This document shows, piece after piece, positions 20,049 through 29,893 of a stretch of DNA of 64,000 bases. Each line of letters begins with the position of its first letter. Position 1 is the first letter of the stretch. Below the pieces are notes generated by a model. That model was not told the origin of the DNA, searched no databases, and saw only the letters and a list, made by a program, of their open reading frames with translations. A program made the translations under genes and the position numbers. The stretch lies in contig JBBTST010000005.1 of assembly GCA_038064575.1 (NCBI GenBank), positions 1,382-65,381 on the forward strand, in the 5' to 3' direction. The DNA is from Patescibacteria group bacterium (GTDB taxonomy: Bacteria > Patescibacteriota > WWE3 > UBA101185 > 2-01-FULL-41-18).

Positions 20049-20165
20049 AAAAATGATCACCTGTTTAAAGAGCTTTATTTGAGATTTGCTCAGTCCGACC
20101 TTCAAATACTATATATCTATACTACAAAATTTGTTCATCACCGCAAGAGTGTTGACCAAATTTCA

Positions 20166-20232
20166 TGGCTGAGCATGGCTGTCTAGAACCTGTTTCATTC
20201 TCCAGGCTAGAAATGAGACAAATGAAACAGTA
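20166..20232. repeat. tRNA-Gln element distal end, copy 1
   Basis: 56/67 ungapped identity to 24416-24482; begins with TGGCTG, the antisense of the tRNA-Gln 3' end CAGCCA. Confidence 0.85.
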
Positions 20233-20272
20233 TAAAAGGTGTGTTCCAAGTTTATTATGTGTTTTTATTTAG

Positions 20273-20803
20273 TTACGGGGTTGGAACTATCTGTAGTTGT
20301 TGCTCAACTTGCTGATTAGATTCTGTACCAAAAGTTACGAGAAGTTTATCGCCGTCTTTTATCTCTTGAGTAAGTGCATTGTTGCTTTGTTCATCGTTTA
20401 TATAAAACTTTAAAGTTCCACGATTTCCATTGCAAAACGTTTCTTTAGTGCCAGTAGTTAGACATTCAGACGTTAACTTGAACGGAAGTGTTGAAAAGAA
20501 ATCATTCCAAGTTGTGCCTGACTTTTTAACCTGAACTATATTTGGATTACTTGCTTCAATATACGAATCTTGAGAGAGGTTGTGATACATGCTTGCAGTA
20601 AAAATACGAAAAGTTCCGTTGGTAAAGATCGCAAAAGACGCCTTGATATCGGTAATTGGAGTTGACGTATTCTCTGTAGCTTCCATAGAGGCCCTATCTT
20701 TGGGTAAAGATGACTCAGGCGCCGGTTGTTTATTCGAAAAAAAGTAGAATGCAAAAAGAATTACTAGGATAACTATTCCACTAATACCAATAATTTTACT
20801 CAT
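20273..20803 (-). CDS. Membrane-anchored hypothetical protein
   Basis: N-terminal TM; C-terminal LKFYIN...IKDGDKLLVTFG, two Cys. Confidence 0.7.
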   Translation of the reverse strand: MSKIIGISGIVILVILFAFYFFSNKQPAPESSLPKDRASMEATENTSTPITDIKASFAIFTNGTFRIFTASMYHNLSQDSYIEASNPNIVQVKKSGTTWNDFFSTLPFKLTSECLTTGTKETFCNGNRGTLKFYINDEQSNNALTQEIKDGDKLLVTFGTESNQQVEQQLQIVPTP

Positions 20804-20837
20804 ACCTTAATAATATCCTATTTAGAATATATTCGAA

Positions 20838-21395
20838 TCAATATTTTTCATCTTGAACAAAGCGTAGAGCTACAGAATTCATGCAATACCTTTTACCAGT
20901 TGGTTCTGGCCCATCATCGAAGACATGACCCAGATGTCCTCCACAAGTATCTAATACTTCAATTCTATCGTCCCCTAAACCTGTTTCTTTCCTAAGAACA
21001 ATCGCGTTTTCATCAATTGGAGCCCAAAAACTAGGCCAACCAGTACCTGAATCATATTTTTGTTCTGATCGAAAAAGTGGTTTATCACAGCCAACACTGT
21101 AGTATGTTCCTTTTCGTTTTTCATTGTTCAATTCACCTGTAAACGGTATTTCAGTTCCTGCCTCGCGCAGTACGCGATATTGCTCAGGATTTAATATCTT
21201 TTTCCACTCCATGTCCGTTTTTTGCTTATCAGGATCAAAATTACCTGAGATAATCTGACTTGTTGTATGTTGCGGAGATGAAGTCTTTGGCAAAGCATTT
21301 TCTTGTAGACGGCTTATTAAAATTACTGCTCCTACCAAAAGAACTATTAAGGTGATGTGAAGAAATCCATTTTTGTGATTAGAATGTGTGATCAT
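20838..21395 (-). CDS. msrB: Peptide-methionine (R)-S-oxide reductase, exported
   Basis: QYRVLREAGTEIPF, KYDSGTGWPSF, GHLGHVFDDGP, RYCMNS; N-terminal TM. Confidence 0.95.
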   Translation of the reverse strand: MITHSNHKNGFLHITLIVLLVGAVILISRLQENALPKTSSPQHTTSQIISGNFDPDKQKTDMEWKKILNPEQYRVLREAGTEIPFTGELNNEKRKGTYYSVGCDKPLFRSEQKYDSGTGWPSFWAPIDENAIVLRKETGLGDDRIEVLDTCGGHLGHVFDDGPEPTGKRYCMNSVALRFVQDEKY

Positions 21396-21403
21396 TATCT
21401 AAA

Positions 21404-23131
21404 TTACCCAAAAGTAAATGCAAACACTTCAGTATTATCATCTTCAAACTCTAGTCTAAGTATATGTCTACCAGGTGCAGATAGGTTAATGAGTTTGTAG
21501 AGTGTATCTTTATCAACCGTCACCACACCGTTTATATTATGCTCTCCAAAATCTTGCATCTTGCCATCTAGATATACCTTTACTTTAGCAGGTGTTCCCT
21601 TCGTGCGCATAACTAAAAATACTTCTTTTGAATCAAAATTAAGTGTAAGCGTTGATCCTTTCTGGGGACTAGCATACTCTTCCATCACATTCCAACTACC
21701 TTCGAATGCGAATTCATTAGTCCCTATATTTGTTGGTGTCGAGTATGTACTTATTGTATTTTCCTTAATAGTTTCAGGTGAAGCAAAATGCTCAATTCTT
21801 CCATAGCCTAAATATAATTCTGGTGTTCTTGCCTGTATCTGATAAGTTGGATTATTTATTTCTAAAGATACATCAGTTGCCCCAGCCTCTTTTAAAAGCT
21901 CTTGAATTACCTTTTCGCTTTCGTCATACTCTCCCTCTCCAAAATGTGTGTAGCGTATATAGCCTTCTTTGTCGATAAAGTACTTAGCTGGCCAGTAACG
22001 ATTGTTATATGCTTTCCATGTAGAAAAATCATTGTCCTGAACAATTGGATAAGTAAGCTTGAAATCTTTGATTGCCTGGGCAACATTTTTCTCACTTTTT
22101 TCAAACTCAAATTCTGGGGCGTGCACACCTATAATAACTAAGCCCTTATCTTTATACTTCTCATTCCAATCTTTAAGATACGGCAGAGTTCTTTGACAGT
22201 TAATACATGAGTACGTCCAGAAATCGATAATAACAACCTTTCCTTTTAGTTGTTCAAGTGTCAGTGGTTCGCTGTTAAACCATATACCTCCTGCAATAAT
22301 TTCTGATGCCTTTACACCTTTATTATTAAGTAGCTTAAACATCGGTTTACCCATATCCTCTTTTTTAATTTCGTTGGTAGATTTTTTATCTAATTGCTCT
22401 CGGATCAATTCATTATCTTCAAATTTAGTAAGACCTGTGCCATATTGAGGAAAAGTGTTTAGGATATATGTTTGGAATCTACGATCCACATTAAAAAATA
22501 TTCCTATGGCCGTTATAATCATTATTATTCCAAACAGTTTTTGTATTTGACCTAAGTTTGAGAGTAGCCATGGTACCCGCCTAAGTGCATTTTGACCGCC
22601 TAAAATAATCAAAAACATAGGAATAGCTGTTCCAAGAGAATAAGCGAGAGTGATTAAGAAAGCATCAAGTGTGACAGTACCCGTTATAGCAAGAGATATT
22701 ACAGAAGCAAGGATTGGCCCAACACAGGGAGTCCAGAGTAGCCCAATAGACAAACCAATTATTAAACCTCCCCTAAAGCCAGTTTTACCTTGGTTATTGG
22801 GCATACCGCTCGAAAGTTTAGAAAATAAGTTTTCAATTACTAACTGGAATTTTGGAATAAGTAAAGACAGTCCAAAACCGGCGACAACAAGTATAGAAAC
22901 TAACCTAAGCGTTTCTGCAGGAATTCCACTGATGCGTACAATGGTAGAAAGAAAAAGCGTAAAGAAAGTAAAACTAAGGATAAATCCAACAACTACGCCA
23001 ATTGGGCGAGACTTCCCTGTATTAATACCACCGACACTTGATGTGAGAATAATTGGCAATACAGGGAGAATACATGGTGAAAGTACCGTTATAATACCTG
23101 CTAAAAATGCAAATGCTAAAAGTAATATCAT
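21404..23131 (-). CDS. dipZ: DipZ (CcdA membrane domain + thioredoxin + C-terminal domain)
   Basis: LSPCILPVLP, WTPCVGPIL, DFWTYSCINCQRT, GVHAPEF, HFGEGEY. Confidence 0.93.
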   Translation of the reverse strand: MILLLAFAFLAGIITVLSPCILPVLPIILTSSVGGINTGKSRPIGVVVGFILSFTFFTLFLSTIVRISGIPAETLRLVSILVVAGFGLSLLIPKFQLVIENLFSKLSSGMPNNQGKTGFRGGLIIGLSIGLLWTPCVGPILASVISLAITGTVTLDAFLITLAYSLGTAIPMFLIILGGQNALRRVPWLLSNLGQIQKLFGIIMIITAIGIFFNVDRRFQTYILNTFPQYGTGLTKFEDNELIREQLDKKSTNEIKKEDMGKPMFKLLNNKGVKASEIIAGGIWFNSEPLTLEQLKGKVVIIDFWTYSCINCQRTLPYLKDWNEKYKDKGLVIIGVHAPEFEFEKSEKNVAQAIKDFKLTYPIVQDNDFSTWKAYNNRYWPAKYFIDKEGYIRYTHFGEGEYDESEKVIQELLKEAGATDVSLEINNPTYQIQARTPELYLGYGRIEHFASPETIKENTISTYSTPTNIGTNEFAFEGSWNVMEEYASPQKGSTLTLNFDSKEVFLVMRTKGTPAKVKVYLDGKMQDFGEHNINGVVTVDKDTLYKLINLSAPGRHILRLEFEDDNTEVFAFTFG

Positions 23132-23134
23132 AGA

Positions 23135-23677
23135 TCACTTAATATTAGAAAGTAATTCGGTTATTTTTCCACCGTTCCATTTTGTAAGCTCGTTACCCTG
23201 TTCATCTATTTGGACAAAGGTATGTTGGTAAGTAATACCATATTTTTTAGCAAGATTTTTTTCGTCTTGATCAGTTTCAGGATCATTGTAATTTACTCTA
23301 ATAACTGTAACATCTTCTGGAATACTAGATTCATCTTCTTTGAAGCTTACATCTGCAGGTTTACATGTAGGACACCAGGATGCATAAAAAAATAAAACCC
23401 TTCGACTTGTTGCTGAACCGTCAAGTACCTCTTTACTGTACATTGCATATCGTGACTTGTTTATTTTGTTTTCCATCATTTTTTCCTCAATATCTTCAGC
23501 GTCTTTTTTCATCATGGAATTTTCTGTCTCTTTTTCTGTAGGTTCTGTTACCATCGTAGTTTCTTTTGTCTTCTCCATAGAACTTTCGTTTGATGTGTTT
23601 CGAGAAACAAAATAGAATACTAATCCTGCAACTACTACAAAACTTACTATTAAAATATTTTTTATTGAATTTTTCAT
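23135..23677 (-). CDS. Membrane-anchored thioredoxin
   Basis: FFYASWCPTCK, KYGITYQHT. Confidence 0.9.
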   Translation of the reverse strand: MKNSIKNILIVSFVVVAGLVFYFVSRNTSNESSMEKTKETTMVTEPTEKETENSMMKKDAEDIEEKMMENKINKSRYAMYSKEVLDGSATSRRVLFFYASWCPTCKPADVSFKEDESSIPEDVTVIRVNYNDPETDQDEKNLAKKYGITYQHTFVQIDEQGNELTKWNGGKITELLSNIK

Positions 23678-23744
23678 ATATTTCTAAAATGATCCTCTTT
23701 CTTAAATAAGAATAAAGTAGTTGAAAAGTAATGTCAAGTAGACT

Positions 23745-24098
23745 TTACATTCTGAAATGAGAATAAATTCTTGAGAGTAGTTTTGAAAAAATCATGGCGC
23801 AAAGAGCCATTACTAACCAGATATCAATATTGTGTTGTAATGCTTGTATGGTTATACCCAAGATTAGAGTACCAACACCGACGAGATAAGAGATTCTTCC
23901 TGCCGTCAGAATATGTATGGATTCGCGTTCATCTGAGGACTTTTCTCTAAATAAATATGCAGCGAACGTAAGAAAAGATAAGATAAAACCCACAATCAGC
24001 ATGGATACAACACTATCAGGCATGCTTAAGTTGCCTGGATTAAGAAAAATTATAGCAATCACGAGTATTCCGATAGCACTTATAGTTTCTATTATCAT
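23745..24098 (-). CDS. Small membrane protein (DUF2178-like)
   Basis: Four TM segments, DERE motif; coupled to an XRE HTH gene. Confidence 0.65.
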   Translation of the reverse strand: MIIETISAIGILVIAIIFLNPGNLSMPDSVVSMLIVGFILSFLTFAAYLFREKSSDERESIHILTAGRISYLVGVGTLILGITIQALQHNIDIWLVMALCAMIFSKLLSRIYSHFRM

Positions 24099-24307
24099 AG
24101 TAATTTCTCAATTATAAACAATTTCTCAACTGATGTATTGAAATACTTTGCTATTTTTAGGGCGAGTAGTACCGAAGGAGTATAGTTGCCTTTTTCTATT
24201 GCAATAATAGTTTGTCTTGTAACATCAACAGCTTTAGCAAGATCCTCCTGCGTGACCTTGTTTTTAGCCCTATATTCTTGCACATAATTTTTAATCTGCT
24301 CTGTCAT
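24095..24307 (-). CDS. XRE-family HTH transcriptional regulator
   Basis: TQEDLAKAVDVTRQTIIAIEKGNYTPSVLLALKIA. Confidence 0.95.
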   Translation of the reverse strand: MTEQIKNYVQEYRAKNKVTQEDLAKAVDVTRQTIIAIEKGNYTPSVLLALKIAKYFNTSVEKLFIIEKLL

Positions 24308-24415
24308 TGCTTTTGTATTTTAACACTTTGGTTCGAAATGAAGATATTAGGATAGAGTTTTTATCAAGCCGTTGTAATGTATTCGAATGAGATGGGTCGC
24401 TTAGGGTGCTACTTT

Positions 24416-24482
24416 TGGCTGAGCATGTCGGTCTAGAACCCATTTTACTCTCTAGGATGTAAATGAGACAAATGAGACAGTA
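24416..24482. repeat. tRNA-Gln element distal end, copy 2
   Basis: 56/67 identity to 20166-20232; contains tandem AAATGAGAC repeats. Confidence 0.85.
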
Positions 24483-24492
24483 CTCAACTGTG

Positions 24493-25653
24493 TTATAGCT
24501 TCTCACGCGATAAGTGCATAGAAGCATTACCTCTATCTAATAAGTCTTTATATGTAATCACTTCAATACCATGTAGTGCATGATTCATCTTTCTCAGAGC
24601 ATCTCTCTTATATATGTCCCAGTTAGTACTATCGCCAATTAAAATATAGGCATGGGGTTTGAGCAAAGATAGCTCAATATTATATATTTGAGCAATATTA
24701 GGTTCAATTTCTCTTCTTAGCCTATCAACTTCACTCAAGTAATTAATAACCTGTCCTATAGCAACATTTGTTTCTGCTGACCATCGCCATGCATTAGTAT
24801 GACTAGTGTCTTTAATAATAACCTCATCTGATGGGAGTTTAATTTCCAGAATGTCTACAAATCCATCTAGTGTAGGAAATAGGTAGTCGGGCATAATACC
24901 TGTTAGATTTATCTTTGCTTTCTCAATAGGTTTTTGGTAGTTCACACCAAATAACCAGTTATTTTTATAAATCCATTTTTGCCATGAATCGTCACCTGTA
25001 GTTTCCGAATAATTACCGTGTTCTAATCTCATACCGAGTTCATCGATCACATTCTGCTTTTTGCTTTGAATTCGTGCATATGTTAATTTTTGGATTAAAG
25101 TAGGATTTGATTCTGATAGATATACCCATACGTCTTCACCATATCCCGCATCAATAAGTTTCTTAACATAAGCAACTTTATTTTCGTCTGTTATTATGAC
25201 TTTTTCTGGATCAACTATAGTGTAAGAAGTTGCATCAAAATCAATTTCTTCAATACCTTTTATAAAATTTATTAATCCAAAGAAGTTTTCATGACACGAA
25301 TCCAAATCAACTCTTGCTTTAATAAGCTTGTCATCTTGCGTTTCCTTCGAGAAATTGCTAATTGCTTTATTAGAAATGTCTCTTATTTCAAATGAAAATC
25401 GTGGTGTAAACTTTCCATTTTCCTTTTTTATTAATGTAATTACACATGACTTTTCTACCTTAGCGGATTCCTCTAAGACAAATCTTTTTATAAGACCTTT
25501 TTTTGTATTTTTGAAGTACCAAAAACCATTGGTGCCAGTTTTGTCAATCTCAATTGTTGTTAAAGAATCAGAACCAACCACAAAATCTGTGTTTTCGTAA
25601 TCAGGTTCTACCGCCCACATTTTTAGTCGTTTTCGCTGATCATCAGTTAACAT
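24493..25653 (-). CDS. sduA: Shedu anti-phage nuclease (DUF4263)
   Basis: WQKWIYKNNWLFG, PDYL...VDILEIKLP, AIGQVINYL, ILIG, IEVITYKDLL. Confidence 0.85.
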   Translation of the reverse strand: MLTDDQRKRLKMWAVEPDYENTDFVVGSDSLTTIEIDKTGTNGFWYFKNTKKGLIKRFVLEESAKVEKSCVITLIKKENGKFTPRFSFEIRDISNKAISNFSKETQDDKLIKARVDLDSCHENFFGLINFIKGIEEIDFDATSYTIVDPEKVIITDENKVAYVKKLIDAGYGEDVWVYLSESNPTLIQKLTYARIQSKKQNVIDELGMRLEHGNYSETTGDDSWQKWIYKNNWLFGVNYQKPIEKAKINLTGIMPDYLFPTLDGFVDILEIKLPSDEVIIKDTSHTNAWRWSAETNVAIGQVINYLSEVDRLRREIEPNIAQIYNIELSLLKPHAYILIGDSTNWDIYKRDALRKMNHALHGIEVITYKDLLDRGNASMHLSREKL

Positions 25654-25784
25654 AATTTATTATAAATCCTAAAATAGAACCTTTATTCGGAAATTTATGC
25701 AGTTCTATCGTAGATAACTTTTTTACGCGTGCCATAAGGGCATTATACGAGACAGTTCATATTTGGTCACGTCTAATGGAGTGT

Positions 25785-27461
25785 CTACTTATTATCTGTT
25801 ACGCGAGCAACTAATTTCTTCCCATCCTCAGACCAAGATAGTTTTACGCTTCGTTCTGGTTTCCTAGGATATTTCTCTAAAAATTCTTTGTTTTCGGAAA
25901 TTAAATAGACTGTACAGTATGTTCTTCCATCAGGTCTTTTTAGTTTCCTGCCGTGTAAAATACCTTCTCGTTCAAGTTTACCTCTAGTAGCAGGCTGAAC
26001 ACTAAATTCGGACTTAATTTCGTATTCTTTAATCCAAATCTTATTATCATGATCCCAACTTAAAGATGGGATAATACCTTCCTTAATGTTTCTCCAACAA
26101 TCAGCACATCTTAAACCATCAAGATTCCACCATATTTTATTACTTTCTATTGTTTCTCTACATATAGCACAGGTATAGTGACCTTCCGTAGGTTCGAGAA
26201 AAAATCCCTCTGGTTCTTTTTCTAGTCTTCTCTTTCTGATGTTTTCTACAGCTTCTTGTTTGCCTTGGATTTTCGCCATTTGGACATAAGGGTGGTTTGC
26301 ATACTTAGACTTCTTTATAGGGTCAAAGTCCTGTTTCTTATCCTCTTTAACTTTTCCTGCTATTTCTAACAAATCCTCCTCTCGCTCATACCCTTTTAAT
26401 TTGCCAGAGATGTAACCTAATCTGTCACTAAGACCTTCATTCATTAAACGCCAGTTTGTATCTTCTAATTTTGTTTTTAATAGTTTTTGAAGATCATATT
26501 GTGAAGTCCTTTTATTACGAGTGGGGTCGGAATCTTGAAAAGAGAAAGGTACGATAACATGCCTATCAATTTCAGGTTTATCGAAAAAAAGCTTAGTATA
26601 TTTATGTTCATCTAAAATGCTACTAAGCATTGCTTCAAGATCCGCAATACTTAATCTTTTTAATCTTGATACTTTTTCATAAATTGGGTTATCAATCTCA
26701 CGCTTAACCTCTTCCTTTACAAAAGAAGCATACTCGGACGCTTCCATTAGTTCGATTGCTTCTGCTCCCTTTTCTTCATCAAGACAGAATTCACTTCTAT
26801 ATTTTTCAAGTAATGCTTTATCTTCGTCTTCTTTAGCTTTACGTTCTGCTCTGCTTTTTCCGAAATCGTTAACGTCTGTATTTTTATAGCCACAAGATTT
26901 ACAAACAGTTTTCCAAGTTATTACCTCCCCTTTTCTAGTTTGAGAAACTTTTACTTCTTTATTACACTTAGGACAAAGCTGTGGCTTAGATTCGTGGATT
27001 TCTCCGTTGTCGTAAACAGCAGTTTTCTTAGTACATTTTGTGCAGTCGAAAAAGAACAGTACTCTAAGAGGTTTATCTGTCCAATCGTTTTCTAGAGTCT
27101 TAAATGTTGTTTTCATAGCGGAGTTACAATCAGGACACCTTATGTCTTGTGGTTCAGAAGTATTATCGTATTTGTCTTGAAACTTTTGATCTCGGTCTAT
27201 CCACTCATTTAGTCGTGTCTTTTTATTTTGAAACTCTAAACCCTTTTTAACATACAGGCTTACATTTAACATGTATGAAAAGGCTTTATGTCGCTCTTCG
27301 TCTGGTTTGTCCTTTAACTTTTCATCGTTGGAGCTGTTTTGATAGGCTTTCTGGCATATGCGGATATGGTCTAGGCATTCTTTAATTGTGAATAAGTCGT
27401 ATAGATCAATATAGTATTGTTCAGATTTAAGGTGTTTTTCACCCCTATCTTTTTCTTCCAC
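25785..27461 (-). CDS. Multi-zinc-ribbon hypothetical protein
   Basis: CPDC/CTKC, CPKC/CKSC and CAIC/CADC pairs; highly charged. Confidence 0.75.
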   Translation of the reverse strand: MEEKDRGEKHLKSEQYYIDLYDLFTIKECLDHIRICQKAYQNSSNDEKLKDKPDEERHKAFSYMLNVSLYVKKGLEFQNKKTRLNEWIDRDQKFQDKYDNTSEPQDIRCPDCNSAMKTTFKTLENDWTDKPLRVLFFFDCTKCTKKTAVYDNGEIHESKPQLCPKCNKEVKVSQTRKGEVITWKTVCKSCGYKNTDVNDFGKSRAERKAKEDEDKALLEKYRSEFCLDEEKGAEAIELMEASEYASFVKEEVKREIDNPIYEKVSRLKRLSIADLEAMLSSILDEHKYTKLFFDKPEIDRHVIVPFSFQDSDPTRNKRTSQYDLQKLLKTKLEDTNWRLMNEGLSDRLGYISGKLKGYEREEDLLEIAGKVKEDKKQDFDPIKKSKYANHPYVQMAKIQGKQEAVENIRKRRLEKEPEGFFLEPTEGHYTCAICRETIESNKIWWNLDGLRCADCWRNIKEGIIPSLSWDHDNKIWIKEYEIKSEFSVQPATRGKLEREGILHGRKLKRPDGRTYCTVYLISENKEFLEKYPRKPERSVKLSWSEDGKKLVARVTDNK

Positions 27462-27478
27462 TCTTCTATTTTACACGC

Positions 27479-27691
27479 TCAATTAATTTTTCTGAATCTG
27501 TACTTATCTTTTATATTGTCATGGAAATATGCACCGTGGGAGCTAGAATTCATTAAGCTTCGATAAACATTTTCCGGCACATTAAAATATTGGTATATAC
27601 CACCGTCGTTAAATTCTATTTCTAAAGTTGACGTTAAGCCATCATAACCAATGGAGTCTATATTAGATGAAGTTACGTTAGTTCGTTGCAT
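27479..27691 (-). CDS. KTSC domain protein
   Basis: VTSSNIDSIGYD...LEIEFNDGGIYQYFNVP...SSSHGAYFH.NIK. Confidence 0.93.
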   Translation of the reverse strand: MQRTNVTSSNIDSIGYDGLTSTLEIEFNDGGIYQYFNVPENVYRSLMNSSSHGAYFHDNIKDKYRFRKIN

Positions 27692-27703
27692 GTCGTTATT
27701 TTA

Positions 27704-29197
27704 TCACTTCATTTGCTGAGCTGCCAGATAATCTTTAATTACCATGGTTGCTTTACAGTCATCCTCGTTGTAATCCAGAATCCTTTGTAATTTTTTTGGG
27801 TCTTGGTCTTTTAAATACTCGTTATACCACTGAATAGACAACGCTCCAGATGGTGTTTCATCCCTCCATTTAAACCCGAGATATTGGGCAATTTCTTTTA
27901 CTGAATAACTACCTAACGGCCAGTCTGTGTGGGGCAAAATCACATGGGTATATAAATCAACTGCTATTTCCTTATCAAAAAATGCTTCAAGTTCTTCTTC
28001 TGTTACAACATTAGGGTAAAGTTCTCTCATTTTCTTATAAATTGTTTTCTCATGCTGGGAGTAGTAATAAACTGCAAAATCATCTGTTGGTAATGATCGA
28101 ATGTATTCCCAAAATTCAATCCAAGCCTGTTTCTCGGCTTCTGGTGTTGTATCTGATGCTACAAAGGGTACAAATCGTTCACCATTTGGCGATCTTTCAT
28201 AAACTCCGTGCAAATAGACCATTTCTTGCGTTGGATCATCCTCAATATCAAAGTATAGTTCATAAGATTTTTGTGGAAATTCTAGATGTTTGTAAATCAC
28301 TGGTTTTGAATTGCTATTTAGGAGAAACGCTCTTTGCACTATTTTAGTTAAAGTTTTTTCAGCGATACCAGAAAGAAAATTCTTATCTGTAGCTTTCTTT
28401 GCCATAACCTCGGCTACATTTACATTTATAATATCTTCAACGCGTTCAATGCCTAAGTCTTCATTTAGTTTATCCCTTTTACTTCTTCCTAAATAAAAAA
28501 TAGTTGTTAAGTCGTGTGTATTTTTAGCCCATGTTTTGCAACTTTTATACCAAGGGCAGAGTTTACAAATTCCTGCCATTGCAGGTTTGTTTTGTATTTT
28601 ATTATCAAGCATTAACTCTACTTCATTTCTTATTTCATAATAGAACTGCCACCAAGTATTTTTGTTCTTTATACCTATTTCATTTTGAAGATCGTAAATC
28701 ACTTCTTGATTGTGAATATCTATAATTCTAGCTTTATCAGAGTTAGCAAATCCAAGCTTTTTTAGGATCTCCACATAGTGACATAGCTGCACAGCATAGT
28801 GTTTTTTGTATTTTTCTTCACCTTCTTCATCAGATCCTTCAAATCCGCGTCCACTCTTTATATCTATAGGAGTATATGTACCATCCTCATTACTTTTTAG
28901 TAGATCCGGAATTCCTAAAAGATTTTCGTGCATTAATACACCTTGATAAATAAGACCCGTGCCTTTTTTCATTTCTTCGATTGTTTCTTCAAAGCGTTGT
29001 TCGTAGCTCCCTTCAGATAAGTTTGCTAATTGGCCTAATGTAGAAACCACTTTACCTTCGTGTAATACTCCCTTATCCCAAAGCAATTGCACAAATGGGT
29101 TTGGTTCTGGGTTCTTTTCTTCTTGTGGACCGTACTTATCCCTCCACACTCGGTGCGTACATTGTAAGTAGTTGTACAAAGTTGAAGCGGATATCAT
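27704..29197 (-). CDS. TM0106-family RecB-like nuclease with C-terminal RNase H-like domain
   Basis: ISASTLYNYLQC.HR, GIPDLL, PIDIK, QLCHY, CKLCPW...C, YFDIE, SYSVKEIA..LGF.WR, YNEDDCKAT. Confidence 0.9.
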   Translation of the reverse strand: MISASTLYNYLQCTHRVWRDKYGPQEEKNPEPNPFVQLLWDKGVLHEGKVVSTLGQLANLSEGSYEQRFEETIEEMKKGTGLIYQGVLMHENLLGIPDLLKSNEDGTYTPIDIKSGRGFEGSDEEGEEKYKKHYAVQLCHYVEILKKLGFANSDKARIIDIHNQEVIYDLQNEIGIKNKNTWWQFYYEIRNEVELMLDNKIQNKPAMAGICKLCPWYKSCKTWAKNTHDLTTIFYLGRSKRDKLNEDLGIERVEDIINVNVAEVMAKKATDKNFLSGIAEKTLTKIVQRAFLLNSNSKPVIYKHLEFPQKSYELYFDIEDDPTQEMVYLHGVYERSPNGERFVPFVASDTTPEAEKQAWIEFWEYIRSLPTDDFAVYYYSQHEKTIYKKMRELYPNVVTEEELEAFFDKEIAVDLYTHVILPHTDWPLGSYSVKEIAQYLGFKWRDETPSGALSIQWYNEYLKDQDPKKLQRILDYNEDDCKATMVIKDYLAAQQMK

Positions 29198-29290
29198 GAG
29201 CGCAATACTCCAGTCCTTATATTGATCTGTAATTTTGATTCTTTCATATACGCATTATAGTACTAGTTAAGTCCGTAGAAACTAGTTGCT

Positions 29291-29893
29291 TTATACCCTC
29301 CTAATTTTATCTATCAAAAACTTTATATAGTAACCTTTGCTAGATTTGACCTGTATGTACATATCATTTAGTAAATAGTTTCCAAAATGTCGTGGTTCAT
29401 TGTCTTGTCGATAATAGAAAGTTATAGGGGCTCTCTTTTTGTATTGGTTAGTTAGATACTCTTTAATGTAGTCTAAATCCTGCTCTCTATTAAACCTATC
29501 TACCGTATTTCTGGCATGTTTGAGGGGTTTTGGAATCTCAGCTTTTTTTGGGATATTATTTTTGGTATTAAAGTCCCAATGTTTCGCACAATTAGGACAC
29601 TTAAAAACACTGCCCTTACTTAGGTTTAATTTTAAAGTAATACCACAGGTGCAAACCACAAATTTGTAGGAATTGTTTTCGTTAGTTTTTATATTGTAAG
29701 GCAATCGCTTTCGAAAAGCGTGTAAAGTTATGCCATGTGTGCTTTCATAGCAGTCTAAGCAATTATTAATAGTTTTATATGGAAACTGTTTGGCAGCAAA
29801 TATCTTATTACAAATATCGCAAGCTCTACTAACGCCATTCTCAAGATCTTCAATTTGAGCGTGTATGTTCTCAATTGTATTTGAAATTATTAT
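29291..29893 (-). CDS. Zinc-ribbon ORF, probable -1 frameshift extension of the upstream helicase
   Basis: Frame stays open 63 codons upstream of the TTG at 29704, up to the A10 run at the helicase end, with no ATG. Has CDIC/CLDC and CTC/CPNC. Confidence 0.65.
   Translation of the reverse strand: MIISNTIENIHAQIEDLENGVSRACDICNKIFAAKQFPYKTINNCLDCYESTHGITLHAFRKRLPYNIKTNENNSYKFVVCTCGITLKLNLSKGSVFKCPNCAKHWDFNTKNNIPKKAEIPKPLKHARNTVDRFNREQDLDYIKEYLTNQYKKRAPITFYYRQDNEPRHFGNYLLNDMYIQVKSSKGYYIKFLIDKIRRV

Larger units (their letters stand above)
20166..24415. mobile_element. Non-autonomous 4.25-kb element, distal unit of the tRNA-Gln array
   Basis: Bounded by TGGCTG cores at 20166 and 24416. Both ends are homologous to those of the 24416-40064 element. 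No recombinase inside. Confidence 0.75.

Noticed and set aside
22650-23231. 193-aa + strand ORF and similar short overlapping ORFs in the track
   Set aside because: Antisense to well-supported genes (dipZ and others), with no motifs.
24291-24527. 78-aa minus-strand ORF
   Set aside because: Spans the att junction repeat and has no protein features.
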